NCBI RefSeq assembly: GCF_030539665.1
Contig: NZ_JAUNXR010000003.1
Coordinates: 58,326 to 122,325 of the forward strand
DNA from: Methanobrevibacter sp.
GTDB lineage: Archaea; Methanobacteriota; Methanobacteria; Methanobacteriales; Methanobacteriaceae
Direction of reading: 5' to 3'
Length of the DNA: 64,000 nucleotides
Shown here: piece after piece, positions 53,528 to 63,086 of the stretch
Layout of the letters: each line of letters begins with the position of its first letter
How positions within the stretch are numbered: position 1 is the first letter of the stretch
Program-made: the position numbers and the translations under genes
Notes under the pieces: generated by a model
The model's database searches: none
What the model was told of the DNA's origin: nothing
What the model saw: only the letters and a program-made list of their open reading frames with translations

Positions 53528-54247
53528 CTACTCTTCATATTCTTTTGGATCATACTCAAAGTATTCTCCAGGATTCAATATTACCACATCAATATTTGGA
53601 TTAAGCTGATTTACGAAATTAGCATAAATGGCAGGATCCTGTTCTATTGGTGGGAATGTATTGTAATGCATTGGAATGGCAACTTTCGGATCAATCCATC
53701 TTGTTGCAAGAGCCGCTTCAAATGGACCCATTGTGAATTTATCTCCAATTGGTACCATTATTATGTCTGGCTTGTATATTTCTCCAATAATTGTTTTCAT
53801 GTCTCCAAACAAACCAGTGTCTCCTGCATGGAATATTTTGGTTCCATCCTCAAGAGTTATTAGGAAACTGGCAGCTACACCTCCAGGTGTGGTTTCCTCA
53901 ACAATATCCAAATCACCGGAATGTCTTGCATCCAACATTGTAAACTTAATGTCCCTAAATATAAATGAGCCACCAATGTTTACTCCAATATTTCTAATTC
54001 CCTGTTTTGACAAGAACAATGCGATTTCATGAATTGCTGCAATTGGAGCGTGGGTTGTATTTGAAATTTCTAAAGCATCACCAAAATGATCTGAATGACC
54101 ATGGGTAACTAAAATAATGTCCGGATTCAAATCCTCTACTGGAGTAGAGCATGCCGGATTATTGCTTATGAAAGGATCAATTAATATTTTAACATTTTCA
54201 TCAGTTATTATTTCAAAGGCTGAATGGCCTAACCATCTAATTTCCAT
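53528..54247 (-). CDS. UPF0173-type metal-dependent hydrolase (metallo-beta-lactamase fold)
   Basis: MEIRWLGHSAFEI and THGHSDHFGD motifs. Confidence 0.85.
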   Translation of the reverse strand: MEIRWLGHSAFEIITDENVKILIDPFISNNPACSTPVEDLNPDIILVTHGHSDHFGDALEISNTTHAPIAAIHEIALFLSKQGIRNIGVNIGGSFIFRDIKFTMLDARHSGDLDIVEETTPGGVAASFLITLEDGTKIFHAGDTGLFGDMKTIIGEIYKPDIIMVPIGDKFTMGPFEAALATRWIDPKVAIPMHYNTFPPIEQDPAIYANFVNQLNPNIDVVILNPGEYFEYDPKEYEE

Positions 54248-54248
54248 T

Positions 54249-55367
54249 TTAAGCTACCTCCTGACCCATATATCTTAAAAGAATATTTTCATCCAAATCC
54301 TTTGCCATTTCCCAAGTTTTTTCAAATGAAGATCTGATGTCTGACAATGCATTTCTGTCTTCATATATAGCACCATATTCAACATCACCATCCCTTCTTC
54401 CTTTTGAAAGAATCATTGCCTGGGAATCGTCAGTGATTAGGTTAATGGTGTTTACTTTAGGCATGGTTTTAATGTGGACTCCTTGTTTTAAAAGAGAAGC
54501 AACAAGAATCATATAGGATATATTGGAAACGTCAAAGTCCTCAATGATTACTCTTGAATATATAGAAGGAATATGGGATAAGAATCTATCAGACAAGTCA
54601 TTTAAAGATGGGATTTCCAACATTACCTCTTTTTTAATGTTAGTGCCCAATTGTTCGAATGCATCTTTTGAATTAATAATTTCGTCATTAGAGATAATAT
54701 AACTGTTTAAAAGTTTAGGAATAGGGAGTGAATCAGGATTATTTACATCAATTTTAATATCTCTAACCTGTTCGTTTTTAGGCCTTAAGTCAACTGCATT
54801 GACTGGAGTTTCTTCACTTAAAGCCCTTTTGATTGATTCTGATTTGTCAATATTGCCTTCATTTCCATAAATGTCATCGGAAAAGATACTTCTCTCACGT
54901 CTTTTAGGAGCTCTAGTGATTTTCAATGGCTTATCGTAATTTGGAGTAAAGTTGAGACTATTGCCAAACTCTGAAGTTTCATCAATAACTTCACTTACTT
55001 CAAATACACTGTTGAAATCATCAGCAGAATACTCCTGAGAATCTAAATCGTCACTATAAAAGTCATTGTCATAGTTATCGAATTCTCTTCTAATTTTTAA
55101 AGGCATTTGATTAGATTCCTCTTTAGAGTTATTGGAAAAGTTAGATCTCTTTTCAATACCCTTAAGATATTCTTTAAACATAGCATTTGTTTTATTTGCT
55201 GATGAATCAACAAGATAGGAAATTATGATGATAATTCCAATCAAAGCTATGATTAAACCAACAACTAAAATAATATCCTTTAATCCGTAGATATATGATT
55301 CATATGATATGAAAATACCAATAATAAAAAGAATTATACCTGATACCAATTTACTTATACTTCCCAC
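54249..55367 (-). CDS. membrane-anchored protein with low-complexity linker and C-terminal TrmB-C/PLD-like domain (tentative)
   Basis: Two N-terminal TM helices and a D/E/N/S-rich linker. The C-terminal ~150 aa resemble, by eye, the C-terminal domain of the TrmB-like protein at 7735-8517. The stop lies 1 nt from the hydrolase start. Confidence 0.5.
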   Translation of the reverse strand: MGSISKLVSGIILFIIGIFISYESYIYGLKDIILVVGLIIALIGIIIIISYLVDSSANKTNAMFKEYLKGIEKRSNFSNNSKEESNQMPLKIRREFDNYDNDFYSDDLDSQEYSADDFNSVFEVSEVIDETSEFGNSLNFTPNYDKPLKITRAPKRRERSIFSDDIYGNEGNIDKSESIKRALSEETPVNAVDLRPKNEQVRDIKIDVNNPDSLPIPKLLNSYIISNDEIINSKDAFEQLGTNIKKEVMLEIPSLNDLSDRFLSHIPSIYSRVIIEDFDVSNISYMILVASLLKQGVHIKTMPKVNTINLITDDSQAMILSKGRRDGDVEYGAIYEDRNALSDIRSSFEKTWEMAKDLDENILLRYMGQEVA

Positions 55368-55551
55368 ATTCTCACCATCTAATAAACAAAATTAAGTTAT
55401 TTTAAATTATCTATGACCATATTAATAAATATAATGGTTATTTACATGTTTATATTAATTTTAAAAAATGATTTCAATAGAAAATAATACTTTTTATTAA
55501 AATAGTAATATTAATATAATATGTCGACTAAGTATTACTACTGGTGAAATC

Positions 55552-55764
55552 ATGACTATTTTAAAACAAACAAAATTAGATGACTCAGGACAAGGTGCTG
55601 CAGAATACATATTGTTATTTGGCGGAGTGATTGTTATTGCAATATTTGCCCTACTGATATATAGGCATTACATGACAAGAAGCGAAACAACAATAACCGC
55701 AGGAGATGATATTCAGGACGTTAGAACTTCTGTAGACAACAACCGTACAAAATGGGGAGAATGA
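55552..55764 (+). CDS. class III signal peptide (type IV pilin-like) protein
   Basis: N-terminus ...[26 protein letters not shown] fits the archaeal QxSxExxxL prepilin motif followed by a hydrophobic helix. Confidence 0.7.
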   Translation: MTILKQTKLDDSGQGAAEYILLFGGVIVIAIFALLIYRHYMTRSETTITAGDDIQDVRTSVDNNRTKWGE

Positions 55765-55934
55765 TGTTGGATAACAAAGGTCAGGGAAGTGCAGAATTAA
55801 TATTAATAATTGGAGGGTTAATAATCATTATTTTAGTAGTTGCCAATTACATTTCAGCCATTACGCAAGAAACACAAAATAATTTAAAAAATACGTTAAA
55901 ACAAGAAAGAGATTTTGAGATAAATAAAATTTAG
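55761..55934 (+). CDS. class III signal peptide (type IV pilin-like) protein
   Basis: [27 protein letters not shown] fits QxSxExxx(L/I). ATG 55761 gives an ATGA overlap with the upstream stop; the ORF-track start is 55752. Confidence 0.7.
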   Translation: MMLDNKGQGSAELILIIGGLIIIILVVANYISAITQETQNNLKNTLKQERDFEINKI

Positions 55935-55958
55935 AGGAGAGCTATCTCCTCTTCAAAC

Positions 55959-56972
55959 CTAATCAAGAAGTTTGTTTAGTATTTCGTTCCATGATTCGGA
56001 ATTGATATTGATTAATTTCATGGATGTTCTATCAATGTGCCTTATGTGCTGTGGACAGGCAGGAACACAAGCCCCACATAAATTGCAGAATGTAGGATCA
56101 GTAACAGAAATATTATCAATAATCTCTATTGCATTACATGGACATACATCCCTACAAGCGTGACAGGACTCGCCTTTACATTTAGCATCTTCGGTTTCAA
56201 TAAGCTCTATTAAACCTGTAAACGGTTTAATAATTGTAATGGTGTCCTGCGGACAGATTTCTGCACACCATGAACAGTAAACACAATCATTTTCAATAAT
56301 ACTGGTCTCACCTGTAATTTTAGGAGTAATCAACTCGTCAGAATACATACAAGTAGAACATACAGTTTTGATTGCTGTTTCAGGACAAGCACGTTTACAA
56401 ACACCGCAATAAACACATTTGGACTCATCAACAGTAATAACATTATTCAATACGTCATTACCATATTCAGGATTACATTCAAGGGAAATCGCTCCAGCAG
56501 GACATAATTCTGCACATATTTTACAATAGATACATTTTTCATCATCTATTTCAATAATACCCTTTACCAAGTCCTCCCTGGAAGGCAATTGTCTTTCAAA
56601 AAGAATGGAATCTTGTGGACAAACGTCAAAGCATCTTCCACAATAAATACAATTTTCCTGATTAACAATAGAAGCCAATTCCCAATTAGGATAATTAACC
56701 AAATCCTTAATGTTTTCATCATCAATAGTTAAAAACATCGCATCAAATGGACATGAAACAGAACATAAACCGCATAAAACACAAGAATTGCTATTTACAG
56801 ATACTTTTTCCATATCAATAAGCCCTCTTGCAATCGGTACAATCGGACCTAATCTTAAAGATTCTGTTGGACAGACCTTAACACAGATTCCGCAACCGAC
56901 ACAATTATCGTTTTCATGAGTAAGAACTCTTAGTTCCTCTCCCTCTCTTTTAACTGTGAACATTTCAACCAT
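55959..56972 (-). CDS. polyferredoxin (eight [4Fe-4S]-type CxxCxxCxxxCP motifs)
   Basis: Eight Cys motifs counted in 337 aa (CVGCGICVKVCP ... CNLCGACVPACP). Confidence 0.85.
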   Translation of the reverse strand: MVEMFTVKREGEELRVLTHENDNCVGCGICVKVCPTESLRLGPIVPIARGLIDMEKVSVNSNSCVLCGLCSVSCPFDAMFLTIDDENIKDLVNYPNWELASIVNQENCIYCGRCFDVCPQDSILFERQLPSREDLVKGIIEIDDEKCIYCKICAELCPAGAISLECNPEYGNDVLNNVITVDESKCVYCGVCKRACPETAIKTVCSTCMYSDELITPKITGETSIIENDCVYCSWCAEICPQDTITIIKPFTGLIELIETEDAKCKGESCHACRDVCPCNAIEIIDNISVTDPTFCNLCGACVPACPQHIRHIDRTSMKLININSESWNEILNKLLD

Positions 56973-56973
56973 C

Positions 56974-57165
56974 TCATGCTTTGCTTATAGCCTGATTTGG
57001 GCAATTTTGAATACATAAATCGCAATCATCACAATTTTCAGGCACGATTTTTACATCGCCGTCTTCTTCAATTATTGCATCTTGTTCACAAAGTTTAATA
57101 CATAAACCATCTACTGGACAATTTTGAATATGTCCGCATAAATCACCATCTATTTTTACTGCCAT
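56974..57165 (-). CDS. small ferredoxin-like protein
   Basis: 63 aa with CDDCDLCIQNCP plus an atypical first Cys motif. The stop lies 1 nt from the polyferredoxin start. Confidence 0.75.
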   Translation of the reverse strand: MAVKIDGDLCGHIQNCPVDGLCIKLCEQDAIIEEDGDVKIVPENCDDCDLCIQNCPNQAISKA

Positions 57166-57220
57166 TATAACTACCTCTGAATATATTATTTATCGAAATG
57201 TAATAATAAACATATCGGTT

Positions 57221-57679
57221 TTATTTTAATATTTTACCAATTTTATTAATTTCCCCTCTTCTAATCCTCGTAGAAGAAATAGGATTTCCGTCCTCAGCTA
57301 AAACAAAACTAACAATAATTATATCTAATGGTTGCATCCCCTTAGTAATTCTAATGTCATTGATTTCCACAGCAGTAGGTTCTGTTTCTTCACTAACAAC
57401 AATAGCATCAAATTCTGGATCAAAAATGGTTGGTCCATAAGCATCATCTAAAGCAGTTATGTGAAAATTAGACTTATCTGAAAAAAAAGACCTAAGATTT
57501 GCCATCCTTTCCTTACAAGAATCAATATCTCCCTTCAAACCACCAAAAGCATTAGAAGTAACTCCAATTTCAACTTCAATACCAATTTCAAAAGCGGTTG
57601 TTAAAAGCTTTTTATGACCCTCATGAAATTTATCAAAAGTTCCTCCAACGGCAACTTTCCTATATACCTTTTTATTCAT
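57221..57679 (-). CDS. phosphopantetheine adenylyltransferase (archaeal PPAT, cytidylyltransferase fold)
   Basis: VAVGGTFDKFHEGHKKLL (HxGH) and ISSTRIR motifs. Confidence 0.8.
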   Translation of the reverse strand: MNKKVYRKVAVGGTFDKFHEGHKKLLTTAFEIGIEVEIGVTSNAFGGLKGDIDSCKERMANLRSFFSDKSNFHITALDDAYGPTIFDPEFDAIVVSEETEPTAVEINDIRITKGMQPLDIIIVSFVLAEDGNPISSTRIRRGEINKIGKILK

Positions 57680-57768
57680 AATATTATCCTAAAATTAGCT
57701 AGTCCATTTATTAATTTTATAAAAAGTATTATAAAACAATTACTAAAAAAGAAAAAAAGAAAGAATAA

Positions 57769-60700
57769 TTAGAATGGCAATTCAATATATCTAGCCTTGA
57801 ATTGATAGTTATAATTATTCCAATTATTTACAACACCGAAACTGTTTCTAGCACTTGTTGTATCAGCTACAACCCAAGTATCACCAATCAATACTTGTGC
57901 CCAAACATGCCCGTAAGTTCCTGAACTAAATTTACAAGTTCCATGGACATATCTTGCAGGCAATCCTGCAGCTCTAAACAATGCAATTACTGCACTTGCC
58001 TTATCACAACAGTTACCAGTCTTGTATTTGAACAATGTATTGTAAGCTCCATATCTAGTATTGTAATAGAATGAATATGAAACAGTATCCCTTACATAAT
58101 TAAATATAGCAGTAGCTTTTGCAACATCACTTTCCAAGCCTGCTGTTAATTTAGCAGCCAAAGCCTGAATTTCAGCATTGTCCACTTGACAATTCTTAGT
58201 TGGCTGTAAGTATGGAGTAAGGTTCTCTATATCATTAACATTATCCAAAGGACTTGATGGAATAGGTGCTGAGAAAGCTTTAAGAGTCACATAATTCGGC
58301 ATCATTCCGTTGTTTTCATAATATGCAACCACTCTTGCGAATGCATAAACTAAAGGATCATAACCAGATTTTCCTAAAGCGGTGTTCATTGAATCAGGAG
58401 CAATACCCTTCTCATCAATGTAACTTATAATATTATAAGCTGTTTCAATGTAACCGCTGAGCATGAGATTACCTGAAACGGTTGTTTTTACTGGATTTGC
58501 GGGATTTTGAACACTTGAAACATAAATGTTTCCGGTTTTACCTTCATTTAACATTACAGTAGCTTGTGCAAGCATGTATAAAAATTGAGGAGTAGTATAA
58601 GTTTCTCCATCGACAGTTACAGTGCTTGGCAATACATTGTTACTTTCAATGTATTTTTTCAATGTAGTAGCTGCAGTCAAAACTGATTTGAGTGGCACTC
58701 CACCTTTTACAGTTACAGTGCTTTTTCCTGAAACAGGAGCTTTTCCTTCAGGAGTATATGCATATGTAATGTTATAGCTACCTGGTTCCAATTTAGGCAA
58801 TGCGATTCTAGCAATACCATTATCATCAGTTACAGCAGAAATTTCATCATTTTCGATGGTAAAGATAATTTCCTTGCCTGCAATAGGCTTGCCATAAGCA
58901 TCAGTTAATGAAGCTTCATAAGAAGCATCTGAACCATATTCAACATCAATATTATTACCTTTAATTATAGTTCCGTTTACTATAATCTTATTTGAACCTA
59001 AATCAGAGGAATATTTGTCATTATCACAAACACGATAAGTTATATCGTAAACTCCAACAACTTTAAGCTCTATTTTCAAGGATGCAATACCTTGATCATT
59101 GGTAGTGGCAATATAAGACTTTCCAGCTACGGTTATGTTAACATTAACATTACTTACTGGAATAGTATTTTTATTGGTCACTAACACTTCAAAGTATTTT
59201 ACATCTCCAGGTTCCTTTACCATATCATTAGCTTCAACATTAAGTACTGCCTTGTTAACAGTCACATAATTGCTTCCATAACTGTAATCTTTTTCACCGA
59301 GTTTGGAATATGAATAATTGACCTCATATTTACCAGGAGCCAAATCATTAGGAATATCCAATTTAGCAATACCCTGATCATTTGTGACTACCTCTTTTGA
59401 TTCGCCGTTGAAGTTGACGTTAATGGTCTTGTCAGCTAATGGTTCCCCACTAATATTTTTTAAGGTTATTTCAAATTCAGCAGAATCACCATAAGGAACA
59501 CTAATGTCGCTACCACTTATTGCAGTAGTGGAATTGATAATAGTAATCTTACTTGAATCCTTAGAAGATTTATAATTCTTATCTCCAGCATATTCATAAT
59601 TAATGGTATTTTCACCTACAGGCAAACCTGTAAGATCTACCTTTGCAACACCTTTAGCATCAGTAGTTGCAGATATCTTTTTACCATTTACATTGAAATT
59701 GATTACTGCCTTATCTATAGGTTGTCCACTTTTAGAAGTTAAAGTGACATTATATGATACAGTAACATCTTTGATAGAAGATATATCATTACCTTTTATT
59801 ACGGAAGATGTTTGCAATACAGTTACCTTTTTACTTACTTGAGCATCATCAATAGCAGCAGTAACAGTATAAGTACCTACATTCAACCCAATAGGCAAAC
59901 TTGCAACACCATCAGCATTAGTCACTCTTTCATAAACAGGATTAGTACCAGTTTTTACAGTGAACTTAACAGTAACACCTTTCAAAGGAGCACCAGTAGC
60001 ATTGGTTACTTTAGCAGTAAATGCACTACCGTTCTTATACTCAAGTGTTAAGTCTGATGCTGTAATAACATCCTTAGGTTTAGGAAGTTCGTTACCTACA
60101 ACCAATGTATTATATACTGTACCATCAGGTATTGAAGAAGCAATAGAATAAGTACCTACAGCTAAATTAATAGGCAAACTTGCAATACCATCTGCATTGG
60201 TTACTTTATTATAACTATTAACAAGTTTGCCCTTGAGATAAATAGTAAATTTAACAGTAGCACCTTTTACAGGATTACCATTATTAGTTACCTTAGCAGT
60301 GAATGCACTACCATCCTTATAATGCATGTTTAAATTACTTGCAGTAATTACGTCCTTACCTTTTGAAACTACAGTAATCTTATTGGTTATTACTTTACTA
60401 TTACCTACTGAAGAAGTAATAGAATAAGTACCTACAGCTAAATTAATAGGCAAACTTGCAACACCATCAGCATTGGTTACTATATTATAAACAGGATTAG
60501 TACCAACTTTTACAGTGAACTTAACAGTAGCACCTGCAACTGGTTTACCTCCACCAGTAACAGTAGCTTTAAAACTACCATCCTTATAAGTTATAGTAAC
60601 ATCATTAGCAGATACTTCCACAGGAAGTACTTTAATAGTGTTTGTAACATTAAAATCTTCAAAAGTAGATTTGACAGTGTAGTCACCAGGGTTTAAACCA

Positions 60701-61119
60701 ATGACCAATGTTGCAATACCATCTGCATTGGTAATTTTATTATATTGTGCTGGATTTTTCCAGCTTGAACTTGAAAGAGTAATTGTAATAGTTTTGTTAG
60801 CTACAGGAGCACCGGTACTATCTTTAAGAGAAACATCATATTGAGTACCGTTTTGACAATATTTCACAACATCTTCAGCGTTTAACTTATAATCTCCTGA
60901 AGATGAAGGGCTCTGAGCATAAACTCTTCCATTATTTACATTGTTTTGATTATTCCCATCAATAGAATCATGATTTTCCACAATTATATTATCGTTAGAA
61001 CAATTAACTAAATTAGTTTCTGAGATAGAGTTACTAGAAACTTTTGAATTATCATTATCAACATCAGCTGCAGCCACTGATCCTAAAAATACGAGGAATA
61101 TGCAGACTACAGAAATCAA
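57769..61119 (-). CDS. adhesin-like surface protein: signal peptide, ~8 Ig-like repeats, pseudomurein-binding repeats, C-terminal transglutaminase-like cysteine protease domain
   Basis: N-terminal hydrophobic signal peptide. About eight ~90-aa repeats with the core TNADG(V/I)ASLPI.L.VGTY. Two PMBR-like segments (LKKYIESNNVLPSTVTVDGETYTTPQFLYMLAQA; VVAYYENNGMMPNYVTL). C-terminus carries GNCCDKAS...GHVWAQV...VADTT, a Cys-His-Asp arrangement. Confidence 0.85.
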   Translation of the reverse strand: MISVVCIFLVFLGSVAAADVDNDNSKVSSNSISETNLVNCSNDNIIVENHDSIDGNNQNNVNNGRVYAQSPSSSGDYKLNAEDVVKYCQNGTQYDVSLKDSTGAPVANKTITITLSSSSWKNPAQYNKITNADGIATLVIGLNPGDYTVKSTFEDFNVTNTIKVLPVEVSANDVTITYKDGSFKATVTGGGKPVAGATVKFTVKVGTNPVYNIVTNADGVASLPINLAVGTYSITSSVGNSKVITNKITVVSKGKDVITASNLNMHYKDGSAFTAKVTNNGNPVKGATVKFTIYLKGKLVNSYNKVTNADGIASLPINLAVGTYSIASSIPDGTVYNTLVVGNELPKPKDVITASDLTLEYKNGSAFTAKVTNATGAPLKGVTVKFTVKTGTNPVYERVTNADGVASLPIGLNVGTYTVTAAIDDAQVSKKVTVLQTSSVIKGNDISSIKDVTVSYNVTLTSKSGQPIDKAVINFNVNGKKISATTDAKGVAKVDLTGLPVGENTINYEYAGDKNYKSSKDSSKITIINSTTAISGSDISVPYGDSAEFEITLKNISGEPLADKTINVNFNGESKEVVTNDQGIAKLDIPNDLAPGKYEVNYSYSKLGEKDYSYGSNYVTVNKAVLNVEANDMVKEPGDVKYFEVLVTNKNTIPVSNVNVNITVAGKSYIATTNDQGIASLKIELKVVGVYDITYRVCDNDKYSSDLGSNKIIVNGTIIKGNNIDVEYGSDASYEASLTDAYGKPIAGKEIIFTIENDEISAVTDDNGIARIALPKLEPGSYNITYAYTPEGKAPVSGKSTVTVKGGVPLKSVLTAATTLKKYIESNNVLPSTVTVDGETYTTPQFLYMLAQATVMLNEGKTGNIYVSSVQNPANPVKTTVSGNLMLSGYIETAYNIISYIDEKGIAPDSMNTALGKSGYDPLVYAFARVVAYYENNGMMPNYVTLKAFSAPIPSSPLDNVNDIENLTPYLQPTKNCQVDNAEIQALAAKLTAGLESDVAKATAIFNYVRDTVSYSFYYNTRYGAYNTLFKYKTGNCCDKASAVIALFRAAGLPARYVHGTCKFSSGTYGHVWAQVLIGDTWVVADTTSARNSFGVVNNWNNYNYQFKARYIELPF
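58700..60891 (-). repeat. intragenic tandem ~276-nt (92-codon) repeats encoding Ig-like modules
   Basis: For example, 60134-60203 and 60410-60479 differ at only about 4 of 70 nt and are offset by exactly 276 nt. A third related copy lies near 59870-59990. Confidence 0.85.
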
Positions 61120-61491
61120 TAATGTTTTATTTTTTATCGAAATTTTTCCACCTCTTTCTCATTACAAAATATATATAAAAAAATATGAACCAAACTTAAA
61201 TTAATAAGAATTCATAATGAGTATATAGAATTATGTTTATAATAACATATAAAGGTTTTTAAAAATAGTTTGATGAAAAATAAGCATATAAACGTTTAAA
61301 ATTGGCAAAAAGAGATAAGAATTAGCGAAAATAATTGAAAATAAAACTATATGAAAAAAATTAAAAATAAAGAACTTACAATATTAAAATAAAACAAATA
61401 TAAAAACAAAATCTGTAAAATATAATAAAAAGATGAAAAATAAATTTATATTGAATTTAATGAGTTGAATAATCTTTATTGATTAATAATA

Positions 61492-63057
61492 ATGAATAGG
61501 TTGATTAAATTGATATATGAAGAAAATATAATTCAGAAAAACCTAAAAGCTGTAGATTTAAGGGTTGGTTTATGTTACCCAAATATCTATAGAACAGCAA
61601 TGTCTTCATTAGGTTACAATATACTATACGACTTCATAAATCAAAACCAAAAAACATTTGCTGAAAGAATAATATATCCTTCTGTTCGTTCCATTGAAAC
61701 CAATAGTCCGCTGAAAGATTTTGATATCATTAGTTTTTCACTGCAATATGAAGAAGACTATTTCAATGTGGTTAGAATGCTGAATGAAGCAGGAATTCCT
61801 ATTAAAAGAGAAGATAGAACAGCAGATGATCCATTAATAATAGCTGGAGGTCCTTGTGCCACTTCAAATCCCGCTCCAATGTCAGAGTTTATAGATCTTT
61901 TCATTATTGGCGAAGGAGAGGTCAATTTAAACAACGTATTTGAAACATATGGTAAATTTGGCAAGGATTTGGAGAAATATCTTAAAATCCCGGGAGTATA
62001 TATTCCTGAATTCAACAACAAGGCCAAAATAGCCATTGTGGAAGATATGGCCGATGCCCACCACATAACAACACCTGTCATAACAACAAGTGAAAATGAA
62101 GATTATCAGACCATTTTTAAAGATTCCATAATGCTAAACGTGTCAAGGGGATGTACAAGAGGCTGCAGGTTCTGCATGTCAAGCTATCTATACCGCCCAA
62201 TGCGTGAAACATCATTAGAAAAACTGGTTAATATAGCTGAGCAGATGAGGAACAATACCGGCCTCAACAAGGTAACCTTGATTGGAGCTGCAGTTTCAGA
62301 TTATTCAAATATTGTGGAACTCATTGATGAACTTGAAAAAAGAAATTTTGAAATATCCACCCCTTCCCTTAGATTGGAATCAATTACAAGAAAACAGCTG
62401 GAGCTTTTACGTCAAGCAAATCTTAAAACCATTACAATAGCTCCGGAGTCAATCGGGAAACTTAGGAAAGGCATAAATAAGGAAATTCCTGATGAAAAAA
62501 TATTTGAAGTTGTTAAAAATGCTTTTGATTTGAATTTCAACATGAAACTATATTTCATAATCGGACTTCCGAATGAAACTATGGATGACATTAGGGAACT
62601 TGTTGAATTTATGAAAAAAATAGCTAGCTTTAGAAAAAACAATTCAATAAGATTTAGTGTCAATCCTTTAATACCAAAACCACACACTCCTCTACAATGG
62701 GAAACCTACGATTTGAAAGACATTAAGAGGAAAATGAGATTTATAAAAAAAGAAATGAAGAATTATAAAATTAAGTTCGAAAGTCCTAAAAAAGGTATGA
62801 TTCAGTATATACTGTCCTGTGGAAATAGGGCAGTTTCTCAAATTATTGAAAAGTCACTTACTGAAAACATAACCATGAAAGAATGGAAAAAATACCTGCC
62901 CGACTATTCTTTGGAAGATCCGCTCCCTTGGGACAATATTGATGTTGGAGTCAAAAAGAAATTTTTGGAAAGGGAATACAGAAGAATCGAAACAGGCAAA
63001 CAAACACCATGGTGTGATGTTGATGTATGCTATAACTGTGGTGCATGCAATAAATAA
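61492..63057 (+). CDS. radical SAM protein (TIGR03960-like, B12-binding-like N-terminal domain)
   Basis: N-terminus VGLCYPNIYRTAMSSLGYNILY. Radical SAM CxxxCxxC appears as SRGCTRGCRFC. C-terminal Cys pair. Confidence 0.78.
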   Translation: MNRLIKLIYEENIIQKNLKAVDLRVGLCYPNIYRTAMSSLGYNILYDFINQNQKTFAERIIYPSVRSIETNSPLKDFDIISFSLQYEEDYFNVVRMLNEAGIPIKREDRTADDPLIIAGGPCATSNPAPMSEFIDLFIIGEGEVNLNNVFETYGKFGKDLEKYLKIPGVYIPEFNNKAKIAIVEDMADAHHITTPVITTSENEDYQTIFKDSIMLNVSRGCTRGCRFCMSSYLYRPMRETSLEKLVNIAEQMRNNTGLNKVTLIGAAVSDYSNIVELIDELEKRNFEISTPSLRLESITRKQLELLRQANLKTITIAPESIGKLRKGINKEIPDEKIFEVVKNAFDLNFNMKLYFIIGLPNETMDDIRELVEFMKKIASFRKNNSIRFSVNPLIPKPHTPLQWETYDLKDIKRKMRFIKKEMKNYKIKFESPKKGMIQYILSCGNRAVSQIIEKSLTENITMKEWKKYLPDYSLEDPLPWDNIDVGVKKKFLEREYRRIETGKQTPWCDVDVCYNCGACNK

Positions 63058-63086
63058 TTTAAATAAAATTCTACAAACATAATAAT

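Noticed and set aside
61120-61491. 372-nt A-rich divergent intergenic region between the adhesin-like and radical SAM genes, considered as a possible ncRNA or small-ORF locus.
   Set aside because: Only homopolymer-rich AT sequence, with no stable stems, no SD-preceded ORF and no repeats. It is most simply two divergent promoters.
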